Origin: Cloacimonetes bacterium UBA5614 | GTDB taxonomy: Bacteria; Cloacimonadota; Cloacimonadia; Cloacimonadales; Cloacimonadaceae | Direction: 5' to 3' | Length of the DNA stretch: 64,000 nucleotides | Assembly: GCA_002424605.1 (NCBI GenBank) | Contig: DIKQ01000002.1 | Location: 23,483 to 87,482, forward strand | In this document: positions 35,678 through 45,141 of the stretch, piece after piece | Layout: each line of letters begins with the position of its first letter | Position numbering within the stretch: the first letter of the stretch is position 1 | Notes under the pieces: model-generated | What the model was told of the DNA's origin: nothing | Database searches by the model: none | The model's input: only the letters and a program-made list of their open reading frames with translations | Translations under genes and position numbers: made by a program

Positions 35678-36434
35678 GCAGGCTACGTTTCCGCAACTGA
35701 GCAAAAACCATCTGGCAGAGCTGAAAAAGCTTCACCAGAAAAAGTTCCGCCATCTGGAAGGCAGGACTTTGGCAGAAGGGATGAACCTGATAGAACAGCT
35801 TCATGCCAACGGGATAAATCCCCTGCAACTGATTACGGACCAGCCGGAGATGGTGCAAAAGCTGTTCAGGACCTACAGGTGTGAAGTGTTGCTTGCCAAA
35901 CCGCATGAGATCGGGCAACTGGCGGAAACGGAGACACCCCAGCCGTTGATTGGCGTTTATTTTATACCTGAACACGTGATTAAGCAATATGACACCGCCC
36001 TGTATCTGGACGGCATCCGTGACCCCGGCAACCTGGGAACGGTATTCCGCACAGCGTCCGCCTTTGGCATAGATGCGATATTCCTTTCAGCGGACTGTTG
36101 CGAAGTCTGGTCGCCCAAGGTCATCAGGGCTTCGCTGGGAAGCGTATTCTGGCTTCCTTCCATCACGGCGGACAGCGCTTGGCTTAAGGAACAGAAAGCC
36201 GAAAAAGCCGGTCTGGTGATGGATGGCTCCATCCTCCTGAAAGATTTTGTTCCGGATAAAACCCTGCCTCTCATACTGGTCATAGGTTCTGAAGGCAGTG
36301 GTATCAGCACTGAGATTGCGGAACTTTTGACCGTCACACTCAGCATCCCCATCTCTGACAGGATGGAATCCCTAAACGCCTCTGTAGCGGCTGCCATCGC
36401 CATGTATGAGACCTGTGTCAGGAAATCTGGTTGA
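35664..36434 (+). CDS. TrmH/SpoU-family RNA 2'-O-methyltransferase
   Basis: GNLGTVFRTASAFG, IGSEGSGIS and ESLNASVAAAIAMYE motifs. Confidence 0.85.
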   Translation: MMNSEQATFPQLSKNHLAELKKLHQKKFRHLEGRTLAEGMNLIEQLHANGINPLQLITDQPEMVQKLFRTYRCEVLLAKPHEIGQLAETETPQPLIGVYFIPEHVIKQYDTALYLDGIRDPGNLGTVFRTASAFGIDAIFLSADCCEVWSPKVIRASLGSVFWLPSITADSAWLKEQKAEKAGLVMDGSILLKDFVPDKTLPLILVIGSEGSGISTEIAELLTVTLSIPISDRMESLNASVAAAIAMYETCVRKSG

Positions 36435-36498
36435 CATGAGAAGCGCATCCGGAAAGTTATATCATTCGCTGAATCAGAAGCGGGAAGAAGGAGATAAT

Positions 36499-37059
36499 GT
36501 GAACATCAACATACAGAACACCGGCTGGATAGAAGTCATTTGCGGAAGTATGTTCAGCGGTAAGACCGAGGAACTTATCAAACGCATCCGCAGAGCGGAA
36601 TATGCCCGCCAGAAAATCATGGTCTTCAAGCCGATAATCGACAACAGGTATGACCATGAGAACATTGTATCCCATTCCCAGATGCAGGCGCCGTCCATTC
36701 CCATCAGTGAAGCCAGCGAGATTTATGAGCACCTGACGGAGGATGTCCAGATTGTAGCGGTTGACGAGGCGCAATTCTTTGACGAATCGCTGATAGGCAT
36801 CTGCAACGACCTAGCAGACCGCGGAATCAGGGTGATTGTGGCAGGGCTGGACCAGGATTACAAAGGCAATCCCTTTGGCTGTATGCCCCAGTTGCTTGCC
36901 ATTGCGGAATACGTGACCAAAAACCTGGCAATCTGTCTCAAATGCGGTAATCCCGCCAATAGGACGCAGAGAACCATCCACAGCAGTGAGCAGATTCTGG
37001 TGGGTTCCACCGATTCCTATGAAGCGCGGTGCCGTAACTGTCACGAGGTATTGGACTGA
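36499..37059 (+). CDS. tdk: Thymidine kinase
   Basis: GSMFSGKTEELI P-loop and C-terminal CxxC zinc motifs. The GTG at 36499 follows GAAGGAG. The ORF-track start at 36406 overlaps the upstream gene. Confidence 0.88.
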   Translation: MNINIQNTGWIEVICGSMFSGKTEELIKRIRRAEYARQKIMVFKPIIDNRYDHENIVSHSQMQAPSIPISEASEIYEHLTEDVQIVAVDEAQFFDESLIGICNDLADRGIRVIVAGLDQDYKGNPFGCMPQLLAIAEYVTKNLAICLKCGNPANRTQRTIHSSEQILVGSTDSYEARCRNCHEVLD

Positions 37060-37349
37060 TGGCAGGCGAAGAGAGCTTCGGGCACTTCATCATCTGGCTG
37101 TTGGAACTGCTGATAAACGGCTATGTGATTCTCATCATTATCCGCGCGCTGATGTCATGGTTTGCGCCCAATCCTTATAACCGTTTTTATCTTCTGCTGA
37201 TGCAGGTGACCGAACCCGTTCTGGCACCGCTGAGACGCATCATACCAATGTCCGGGATAGACTTTTCGCCGATTATAGCCATATTATTGATAAACATAGT
37301 ATTGAAACGGATTCTGCTGGGTCTGTTAAAATCTCTTTTTCTGTATTAG
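37059..37349 (+). CDS. yggT: YggT-family membrane protein
   Basis: IIRALMSWFAPNPYN...TEPVLAPLRRIIP motif. Confidence 0.8.
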   Translation: MAGEESFGHFIIWLLELLINGYVILIIIRALMSWFAPNPYNRFYLLLMQVTEPVLAPLRRIIPMSGIDFSPIIAILLINIVLKRILLGLLKSLFLY

Positions 37350-37357
37350 GAGGAAGT

Positions 37358-37939
37358 ATGCCTTTGAATCCCATCGATATCAGGCATCAGGAATTTACGA
37401 CCGTTATCAGCGGTTACAAAAAGAAAGAAGTCAAGGCGTTCCTGGAAGAGATTGCCAGGGAAGTTGAAGAGCTGAATAAACTGCAGGAGCGGGAAATCCG
37501 CCGCCAGATGCAGATGCAGCAGGAAGTGAAGCAGGAAGCTGTTCATGCCTCGCAGGCAGTGGAAGACCTGAAAAGACGTGAGGAGCTCATCAGCCGTACC
37601 CTGGTTTTTGCGGAAAAAACCAAGGCGGATATCATCGCCAACGCCCGCAAGGAAGGGGAAAACATCATCCAGGAAGCCGAGATAAAAGCCAAGCGCGCCA
37701 TCCAGGAAGCCAAGCAGTATTTGAGCGTTTTGGAACACCAGTATCTGCATCTCAAGGAACAGAAAAGGCAATTCCTCATCCAGTTCAGGGTGGAGCTCCA
37801 GACCTTTATGGACCGCATCGGCAAAGACCCTCTCCTGACCAGGGAGAGTGAAAATCTTTTGGACAAAGAGTTTAACCAGATAAAAGAAGAAATCGTCCCC
37901 AAAGTGGAAAACCAGGCGGATAACGGAGCAGTTAACTGA
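37358..37939 (+). CDS. divIVA: DivIVA-domain protein
   Basis: MPLNPIDIRHQEFTTVISGYKKKEVKAFLEEI N-terminus followed by a coiled coil. Confidence 0.8.
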   Translation: MPLNPIDIRHQEFTTVISGYKKKEVKAFLEEIAREVEELNKLQEREIRRQMQMQQEVKQEAVHASQAVEDLKRREELISRTLVFAEKTKADIIANARKEGENIIQEAEIKAKRAIQEAKQYLSVLEHQYLHLKEQKRQFLIQFRVELQTFMDRIGKDPLLTRESENLLDKEFNQIKEEIVPKVENQADNGAVN

Positions 37940-38745
37940 TGGATTACAGAGCGACGGCTGAGTGGCTCAGGGCAAAGTTTCCCGAAACCCCTGTCGCCGG
38001 AATCATTCTGGGAACGGGCCTATCGCCTCTTGCCGAAATGATTGCAGACAGCATAGCCCTTGAATACACTCAGATACCGGGTTTTGTGAAGAGTACCGCT
38101 CCCTCGCATGCCGGCAGATTGCTCTTTGGCTATCTGGGCGGAAAACCGGTGCTGTGCCTGCAGGGACGCTTTCACTTTTACGAGGGCTACTCCATGGAAC
38201 AGGTGGTTTTCCCGGTCAGGGTATTGGCGGCATTGGGCGTAAAAAACCTGATTGTGACCAACGCTTCCGGAAGCCTGAGAGAGGATTTTGCCCCCGGTGA
38301 CATCATAGTCCTGACCGACCATATAAACTTTATGGGCACCAATCCGCTGATTGGCAGAAACGACGATGAACTGGGCGAGAGATTCCCCTCTATGAACCTG
38401 CCCTATTCACCTGCCATACACGCAAAGGTGAAGGCAATCGCCGCAGAACAGCACATCCCGCTCAAATGGGGTGTTTACATTTCTGTAACAGGGCCTTCGC
38501 TGGAAACCAAGGCGGAATGCGCTATGTTTGCGGGATTGGGAGCTGATTTGGTGGGGATGTCCACCGTTCCGGAAGTGATAACGGCTCGTCACGCAGGGCT
38601 GGAAGTATTGGGGATTTCCATAGTAACGAATTATAGCAACCTGTTTCACAGCCAGGCCCATTCGCAGGAAGAAATCAGGCAGAACGCAGGCATTGCGACT
38701 GCATATCTGCAGACCCTGATCACTGAACTTGTTAAAGTGATTTAG
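37939..38745 (+). CDS. punA: Purine nucleoside phosphorylase (PNP family I, trimeric type)
   Basis: GRFHFYEGY, VGMSTVPEV and full-length pattern. Confidence 0.85.
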   Translation: MDYRATAEWLRAKFPETPVAGIILGTGLSPLAEMIADSIALEYTQIPGFVKSTAPSHAGRLLFGYLGGKPVLCLQGRFHFYEGYSMEQVVFPVRVLAALGVKNLIVTNASGSLREDFAPGDIIVLTDHINFMGTNPLIGRNDDELGERFPSMNLPYSPAIHAKVKAIAAEQHIPLKWGVYISVTGPSLETKAECAMFAGLGADLVGMSTVPEVITARHAGLEVLGISIVTNYSNLFHSQAHSQEEIRQNAGIATAYLQTLITELVKVI

Positions 38746-38758
38746 CGGGTTATTTTGT

Positions 38759-38778
38759 AAAGCGTCCATGCGCTTTTT
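38759..38778 (+). terminator. Short rho-independent terminator after punA
   Basis: AAAGCG-tccatg-CGCTTT stem-loop running into a T run. Confidence 0.45.
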
Positions 38779-38860
38779 ACATTGACAGATTAAAGATAGA
38801 ATAAAATAAGTAAATCTTTACGGATACCTTAGATTGGAATGATTTCACGGGGAGTTAGAA

Positions 38861-39259
38861 ATGGCAGTAAAACCCTTGTCAGCAGTGAAGCTGAAACACT
38901 TTGAAGCATTGATACTGAAAGAGCTGAACGAAAGCAGAAGTTATATTGATAAAGCTAATCAGGACCAGAGTATCGGAGCCAGGGAAAGCTCCGGGGATTT
39001 ATCCTCCTACGCTTTTCACCAGGCAGACCAGGGCAGCGATACCAACCTGATGGAACAGAACGTAATGCTGATGGAGCAGGAAAGGGAAAAAGTCCGCCTG
39101 CTCAACGACGCCCTCAAAAAGATAGCAGAAGGGCTGTTCGGCAAATGTGAGATTTGCGGTGATAACATTGCGGAGACACGGCTGGAAGTGATTCCCTACG
39201 CCAGGTATTGTATGGACTGCAAAACCAAGGAAGAAGACAAGAAGAGACGCAGAAAATAA
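38861..39259 (+). CDS. DksA/TraR-family C4 zinc-finger protein
   Basis: CEICGDNI...YCMDCK four-Cys motif after a coiled-coil region. Confidence 0.8.
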   Translation: MAVKPLSAVKLKHFEALILKELNESRSYIDKANQDQSIGARESSGDLSSYAFHQADQGSDTNLMEQNVMLMEQEREKVRLLNDALKKIAEGLFGKCEICGDNIAETRLEVIPYARYCMDCKTKEEDKKRRRK

Positions 39260-39816
39260 TGGAACTTATCTGGATGAAGGAAAAAGACACGCACTCTGCC
39301 AGGCAGTTCAGATACCTGTGGCTGGCTGCGGTGGTGATTCTTTTGGACCAATTGGTCAAAATCATCGTAAAGATGTATCTTCCGCTGTATGAGAGCAGGC
39401 AAATCTGGGGCGAACTGGTAATGCTGACCCATGTCCAGAATACGGGTGCGGCATTCAGCTTAAGCTTGGGCAGCCTGAACTTTAACCGGGTTTTCTTTAT
39501 TATCACATCCATACTGGCTATCATCTTTGTAATATATATGATATACAGGTCTACCACCAAACTGCAGAGAATCGGCCTCAGCCTGATAATCGGCGGAGCC
39601 ATCGGCAACCTGATAGACAGGATTTTGTTCGGCTATGTCACAGACTTTATGGATGTGGATTTTCCAGACATCATCATGCACAGATGGCCGGTCTTCAATG
39701 TGGCGGACAGTTCAATAGTAATAGCAATGGGTCTGTTGATTCTGGATATGATAATCAATAAGCAGACAGAAGAGACAGCCCTGCCCAACAAAGAAACCAA
39801 TAATTATTCCACATAA
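39259..39816 (+). CDS. lspA: Lipoprotein signal peptidase II
   Basis: NTGAAFSL and FNVADSSIV motifs. ATG 39259 overlaps the upstream stop (TAATG). Confidence 0.88.
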   Translation: MELIWMKEKDTHSARQFRYLWLAAVVILLDQLVKIIVKMYLPLYESRQIWGELVMLTHVQNTGAAFSLSLGSLNFNRVFFIITSILAIIFVIYMIYRSTTKLQRIGLSLIIGGAIGNLIDRILFGYVTDFMDVDFPDIIMHRWPVFNVADSSIVIAMGLLILDMIINKQTEETALPNKETNNYST

Positions 39817-39830
39817 TACAGGAGTAAGCT

Positions 39831-41312
39831 ATGAGATTACTTGTATCTATACTTGTCATGTTGATAGTCAGCACTGCCCTCATCGGCGTGTCCATCTATG
39901 ACATCCAATACACCACCGTAGCCGGGGCAAACAGCACCTATCCATCCCTGCTTGTGAATCAGGTTGTTTCCACGGAAGGAATCGTTTCCGCTGTCGGTTT
40001 TACCGGAGGGAAATACGTGATTACCGAGGGACCCGGACCCTGGAAAGGCATCTTTGTCAATGACCCGGGACGCAATCCGCAACTGGGAGACAGGATAGCC
40101 ATCACAGGCACGGTCAACGAAGTCAGCGGTTTTACCGAAATTGGTGCTGTTACATCCTATTCGGTGATAGACTCCGGTAATGAGATTCCTGCCTCCACTC
40201 CTGTGACAACTGCCGACCTTCAGACCTTTCCCAACTACACGGGGGAGAAGTATGAAGGCGTTCTGGTCAGGCTATCCGATATCAAGGTCACGCTGGTTTA
40301 CAGCACTGATATATTTTACGTGACACAGGTTTCAGGAAGCACTGCAACCTGCCAGATTATGGACAGTTTCTTCCCTTCCGACCATAGCTGGAGCGGAGTT
40401 ATCGTAAACCAGATATGGTCTGAAATCAGCGGCGTGGTTTATTACTCATCCCCCAATCCTCCCCAATACAGGGTCCACCCCAGGAATGATAATGATATGA
40501 TTCCGTCTGCTGATATTAATGCGATTTCCCTGAAACTGGAAGACGTGGAATTCAAGAAAGGCGAAACCAAAGAAGTTAAGGCAATCATATCACGGACGGA
40601 AGAAAGCTGGGAACTGAACAAGTACCGCTTTACCTTCAGCTTTAATCCCAGGATTGCCCGCTTTGTTGATGTTGATATCGCCTCCACGCTGTCCGATGTC
40701 TATCCTGTCGTGGAATTATCCGATAATGCGGACGCAGTGACCATAATGTATCAAGGCACTGACCCCATCGTATCACCCAACAACAACGGACTGCTGCTCA
40801 AGCTGGTGTTTGAGGCAGTGTCATACGGCGAGACGGTGCTAGACCTCACTTCCGCCAGATTCTATGCCGCGGACGGGGATTCAGTCAATGCCTCTTTCCT
40901 GACCGACGGTAAAATCAGGGTGCCGATTATCAAAAGGATTGCCTGGCTAAGCATTTACAGGGATGAACTGGATAAGAAAAACATCTTTAACCCCTGGCTG
41001 AACGAGAAGATTACCCTGGAGTATGGCAGCCTGATGGTTCCCGGCGTTGCCAGCGCCAAGGCTATAGTGCGTATTTACGATGCCCAGGGCAGACTGGTGG
41101 CGACACCCTTTAACGGAGTGATTGATACGGATACGACATCAGGATATTCAGTGGCAACCGGACTCAGGAAGACCATCTGGGACGGCAGGGACAGGAACAA
41201 AAACCTGCTTCCCATCGGCGTTTATTACTGCCATCTGGAAATCATTGACCGCAATACGGGTCATTCCGAAACCACGGTTCAACCCATAGTCATAGCTTCC
41301 AAGCTGAAGTAG
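39831..41312 (+). CDS. Secreted protein with cohesin-like module and FlgD-Ig/T9SS-type C-terminal domain
   Basis: Signal peptide present. C-terminus has ...FNPWLNEKITLEY...VRIYDAQGRLV...WDGRDRNKNLLPIGVYYCHLE. Confidence 0.75.
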   Translation: MRLLVSILVMLIVSTALIGVSIYDIQYTTVAGANSTYPSLLVNQVVSTEGIVSAVGFTGGKYVITEGPGPWKGIFVNDPGRNPQLGDRIAITGTVNEVSGFTEIGAVTSYSVIDSGNEIPASTPVTTADLQTFPNYTGEKYEGVLVRLSDIKVTLVYSTDIFYVTQVSGSTATCQIMDSFFPSDHSWSGVIVNQIWSEISGVVYYSSPNPPQYRVHPRNDNDMIPSADINAISLKLEDVEFKKGETKEVKAIISRTEESWELNKYRFTFSFNPRIARFVDVDIASTLSDVYPVVELSDNADAVTIMYQGTDPIVSPNNNGLLLKLVFEAVSYGETVLDLTSARFYAADGDSVNASFLTDGKIRVPIIKRIAWLSIYRDELDKKNIFNPWLNEKITLEYGSLMVPGVASAKAIVRIYDAQGRLVATPFNGVIDTDTTSGYSVATGLRKTIWDGRDRNKNLLPIGVYYCHLEIIDRNTGHSETTVQPIVIASKLK

Positions 41313-41342
41313 GCAAAGATGATCAACAGAATTGAGGATAAA

Positions 41343-42194
41343 ATGAAAAAGTTATTATTTGTCACCCTGCTAATCGTCAGTGTTAGTTTACTGCCGGCAG
41401 TGTTCAACGATTATCAGCCCTCAGCCAGAGCCAGAGCCATGAGCGGAGCTTTTGTACCCCTTTCTGATGATGCCAATGGCGTCTTCTTTAATCCTGCCGG
41501 GATATACTTCGCTCCCGCCAGTGCATCAGTCGGCGTAGCTCAGCTGTATGGTCAAAGCTTCTCCGAACTCAAGACCTTTAGCATCGTTCATCCGCTTAAC
41601 GGCGAATGGGGCGTTATCGGCGTCGGAGCCAAGCTGTTTGACGTGGATTATGAAGATTACAGCCTGATGTCTGAAAGCCACCTAACCCTGGCGCACAGTT
41701 TTGAACTGATGTCGGACATACATTCCTCCCTGCATGTGGGCTGGACTGCCAATCTCTATAATGTAGCCATGAACGGTTATGGTGACGATACAGCCTATGG
41801 AATCAACGTGGGAGCAATCGCCACCCTGCACCAGCGCACCAAATTCGGCTTTTCCGTGACCAATCTCAATCATCCCAAAATAGGCGTGGACAACCGCCAT
41901 GACCTGCCCCGCAAGTTTTCCATGGGCATATCCTATATCCCTTATGACCAGGTGACCACCACCATTGAGATGAAAAAGGATTTTGCCGAGGATACAGAGT
42001 TTATGGCTGGCGCTGAACTGAAGCTGTTTGAGCCCCTATACCTGAGGGCAGGCGTGCACCAGAATCCCGCCACCTGGTCTGCCGGAGCCAGTTTCCGTAT
42101 GATTGGAGTGATTCTGGATTACTCTTTTACCCAGCATACAGTGCTTGACCCTACTCATTTTCTTAATATCAGCTACGAGTTCGGGAGGAAGTAA
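41343..42194 (+). CDS. Outer-membrane beta-barrel protein with PorV/FadL-like N-terminal motif
   Basis: Signal peptide MKKLLFVTLLIVSVSL, then ARARAMSGAFVPLSDDANGVFFNPAGI, then alternating beta-strand pattern. Confidence 0.6.
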   Translation: MKKLLFVTLLIVSVSLLPAVFNDYQPSARARAMSGAFVPLSDDANGVFFNPAGIYFAPASASVGVAQLYGQSFSELKTFSIVHPLNGEWGVIGVGAKLFDVDYEDYSLMSESHLTLAHSFELMSDIHSSLHVGWTANLYNVAMNGYGDDTAYGINVGAIATLHQRTKFGFSVTNLNHPKIGVDNRHDLPRKFSMGISYIPYDQVTTTIEMKKDFAEDTEFMAGAELKLFEPLYLRAGVHQNPATWSAGASFRMIGVILDYSFTQHTVLDPTHFLNISYEFGRK

Positions 42195-42478
42195 TGGGTG
42201 ACAAGAGCATAAAACGTTTTCTGCCTTCATTCCTGATTCTGGTGTTCCAACTCATGTCACAGTGGAAAAGGAATTTTTCGCATAACAACAATATCCGCAA
42301 GATAGACAAAACAGCCGAACAGCTTGGCACGATTGAGCACATGCTGGTACGCCTGGAAAAGAAAATCCAGTACAACAGGGATTTGGTTGATAAGCTGAAA
42401 ATCCAGCTGATATTCAGCATGGCGATGAACTTGGTGCTGATGGCGCTGGTAATCCTTAAGCTATTTGGATTTATTTGA
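42194..42478 (+). CDS. Small coiled-coil protein with C-terminal TM helix
   Basis: 94-aa ORF that abuts the upstream gene (ATG overlaps its stop). Confidence 0.4.
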   Translation: MGDKSIKRFLPSFLILVFQLMSQWKRNFSHNNNIRKIDKTAEQLGTIEHMLVRLEKKIQYNRDLVDKLKIQLIFSMAMNLVLMALVILKLFGFI

Positions 42479-44296
42479 TCAGAACATCAGGTTAATGGAG
42501 CAGTAGAGTCTCCAGTCCAAGTCCTTGAGGTCCGGTCCGACCGGATTGATGCTGATTTCCGCCACAGATTCGCGGTTTAGCTGAAAAGCGGTGGACAACA
42601 GGAAACTGTATTCCTTCCAGTTTCCCCAGCTATATTTTGGCTGCGCTTGCCAAATGGCAATTCCGAGCTGCTTTTGAAGGGTGAACCCCAGGGTCTGGCG
42701 TTCATCCACTCCGTTAATCTCATAGACATTTCCATTCTTTGCAGCTGTTTCCGTTTTTTCCCACACAAAGCCCAAATCCATCCTCAAAGCTTCCTGATTC
42801 CTGCTTCGGTAGGGAAGCTTTGACCACTTGGGATGAAGGAGTTTGGCTGCCAGGGGTGTAGAATCATAAATCATGTTGTAGGAAGCGGACACCTTGCGGT
42901 AAAACGTATCCCTGATGTTGGTGAAATCCTTATACTGGTAGTTGTCATAATCTGCCCGCAACTGGTAATCCTGATGCAGCAGGAAGCTGTCTCCCAAGAG
43001 GATGTCGCATTCCGGCAGCCACTGGTATCCCTTCACTGTGTTATTGTAAGCGGAGAGGGAGGAGTTTATGAATACTTCCTGTTTTTCCAGGTAAATCAGC
43101 CGGTTGGCAAGCCGGATACGGTCTTTCCAAAACGCAATCCAGCCCACTTTATAGATATTGTTCAGGTAATCGTTATCCAGCCTGTGGTCGCCGTCGGGAT
43201 AAATGGTGCGTCTCAGCTCAACTGTATAATCAAACAGCAGTGAATCATTTGCCACATATTCCCAGGCAGTGCCAAAACCGGTGGTCCGGACGTCTATAAT
43301 CCTGGTGTTGTTTATATAGGACAGGTCTTTGATATAATAGTTGTGGCTGCTTCGGGAACTCAGACTGATGTTATCTGTCATTTGGTAAGTGAAATTCACC
43401 TGAGCCAGATTGTTGTAATCGCCTGAATTCCTGGTCCGGTTCACCTTGTGACGGTAGTAGTTAAGATTGTAGCTCTCCATTATTTCACAGTTCAGCTCAT
43501 CACTGACAGGGATGATAGCATTCAGGCTGGTGGTTAGTGACTTTTTGTCCTGGCTGTCATAGCGGGTGTAATTGCCGGTTTCAGTGTCCAGCCTGGGATT
43601 CTGCAACACATACAAATCTTCGCTTCGCGCCGAGGCATTCACATTGCAGTTTAGCACTACAGCCCGGCTGTTCAGGTATGCGGCAAGGCCTGCATTGGTT
43701 ACCTGATAGGCTTCCCAATCCATTTTCTTTTGTTCCATGCTACCGGAAAGCTGCAGGAAAAGGTCCGGACTGCCTGCGTACCACCCTGAGGATATCCTTT
43801 CCGAGGTTCCCCGGCTGATGAGCAGATGGTCTGCTTTATACCTGTCCTGCTCTCGGCGGTAAAATCCTTTCACTTGCGCTTCCAGGAACAGGCTGTCCAG
43901 GGGTGTGATTCTCGCGCTGTAACCCATGAAGCCGGTCTTGTTTTCATAAGGCTGCAGTTCACTTTCCAGGCTGCTGCGGTCAGAGAGGTCTTCATAACCG
44001 CTCTGGATGTTGTGGCTCATCAGTTTCCCATATCTGGAGAAGGCAAGGTTGACGGCATTATTACGGCTGAGTTGGTCAAAATCCAGGCGTTTATCTTCCA
44101 GGCTTCGGCTGCTGAACAGCATCTGCCAGTTGTGATGGCTGGTCAGGCTATAATTGGTGCTTTGCTCAAATCTGCGCAACTTTGCGCTGTTGTAGTAATA
44201 GAGGTTAAAATCGCTTGAATGGATTTCGCTAATGACGCATAAGGTCAAAAGCGCAATCAGCCAGACGGATATACTCGCCTTCATCAATCGTTTCAC
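42479..44296 (-). CDS. Large outer-membrane beta-barrel protein, unknown function
   Basis: Signal peptide, Tyr/Asn/Ser-rich alternating strands, terminal aromatic residue (...CSINLMF). Confidence 0.65.
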   Translation of the reverse strand: MKRLMKASISVWLIALLTLCVISEIHSSDFNLYYYNSAKLRRFEQSTNYSLTSHHNWQMLFSSRSLEDKRLDFDQLSRNNAVNLAFSRYGKLMSHNIQSGYEDLSDRSSLESELQPYENKTGFMGYSARITPLDSLFLEAQVKGFYRREQDRYKADHLLISRGTSERISSGWYAGSPDLFLQLSGSMEQKKMDWEAYQVTNAGLAAYLNSRAVVLNCNVNASARSEDLYVLQNPRLDTETGNYTRYDSQDKKSLTTSLNAIIPVSDELNCEIMESYNLNYYRHKVNRTRNSGDYNNLAQVNFTYQMTDNISLSSRSSHNYYIKDLSYINNTRIIDVRTTGFGTAWEYVANDSLLFDYTVELRRTIYPDGDHRLDNDYLNNIYKVGWIAFWKDRIRLANRLIYLEKQEVFINSSLSAYNNTVKGYQWLPECDILLGDSFLLHQDYQLRADYDNYQYKDFTNIRDTFYRKVSASYNMIYDSTPLAAKLLHPKWSKLPYRSRNQEALRMDLGFVWEKTETAAKNGNVYEINGVDERQTLGFTLQKQLGIAIWQAQPKYSWGNWKEYSFLLSTAFQLNRESVAEISINPVGPDLKDLDWRLYCSINLMF

Positions 44297-45038
44297 CTCT
44301 TCTGTTAAAATCTATTCCGCTGCCGGATTCCAGCTTTGCCACGTCTTCAGTGTTAAACATCCGGCGCAGGTTATTACGCAAAGTCTTGCGTCTCTGCTCA
44401 AAAGCTTTATCTATGATTCTGCGGTAGATGTCAAGGGATTTGGGATTTGGCTTATCAGTGCGGGGGGTGAGAAGCACTACGGAAGAGTGAACCTTGGGCT
44501 CCGGTGTGAAAGAGGAAGGCGGGACATGAAAGAGCAGGGTGGTGTCAAACGAGTAACCCACCTTGAGCGTTAGAACCCCATAAGCTTTGCTGGCAGCTCT
44601 GGCAGTGAGGCGCTCTGCCACTTCTTTTTGAATCATCAGCACAATGCGTGAGAAATGTTCCGCATTTTTTTCCAGAGCATACAAAATCGGGGATGTAATC
44701 TGATAGGGCAGGTTGGATACAAGCTTCACCTGCTGACCGCTTTCCTGTCTTGCCTGAGCCAGCAGTTCAAGCCAGTTCACAGCAAGGATATCCCGGTTTA
44801 CCAGATTCAGCCGGTCACCAAATCTGTTCCTGAGAAAATCGCTCAGCCGGAAATCTATCTCAAACGCCGTCAGCTTATCTGTCTGCTCCAGAAGCCTTTC
44901 TGTGAGGACACCTTTGCCGGGACCGATTTCCCAGACCGGCTCGCTGCACTGCAGTTCAGCAGACGCTACAATCCTATCCGCCATTTCAGTGTCGGTCAGA
45001 AAGTGCTGTCCAAATTGCTTGAGTGGTTTGATTGCCAT
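44229..45038 (-). CDS. rsmA: 16S rRNA (adenine1518/1519-N6)-dimethyltransferase
   Basis: FGQHFL and EIGPGKGVLT motifs. Confidence 0.9.
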   Translation of the reverse strand: MAIKPLKQFGQHFLTDTEMADRIVASAELQCSEPVWEIGPGKGVLTERLLEQTDKLTAFEIDFRLSDFLRNRFGDRLNLVNRDILAVNWLELLAQARQESGQQVKLVSNLPYQITSPILYALEKNAEHFSRIVLMIQKEVAERLTARAASKAYGVLTLKVGYSFDTTLLFHVPPSSFTPEPKVHSSVVLLTPRTDKPNPKSLDIYRRIIDKAFEQRRKTLRNNLRRMFNTEDVAKLESGSGIDFNRRGETIDEGEYIRLADCAFDLMRH

Positions 45039-45070
45039 ATGATTAAATGCTTTTATCCCTTATTGCTGCC

Positions 45071-45136
45071 ATAAAAAACAATCCTGAAACCGGTTACAGA
45101 CAGGGGGGAGTTGAGATAAAAACCGATTCCAGGATT
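45071..45136 (-). terminator. Rho-independent terminator after the small zinc-ribbon ORF
   Basis: On the minus strand, AAUCCUGGAAUCGGUU ... AACCGGUUUCAGGAUU forms a 16-bp stem with two G-U pairs, followed by GUUUUUUAU. Confidence 0.6.
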
Positions 45137-45141
45137 TAATG

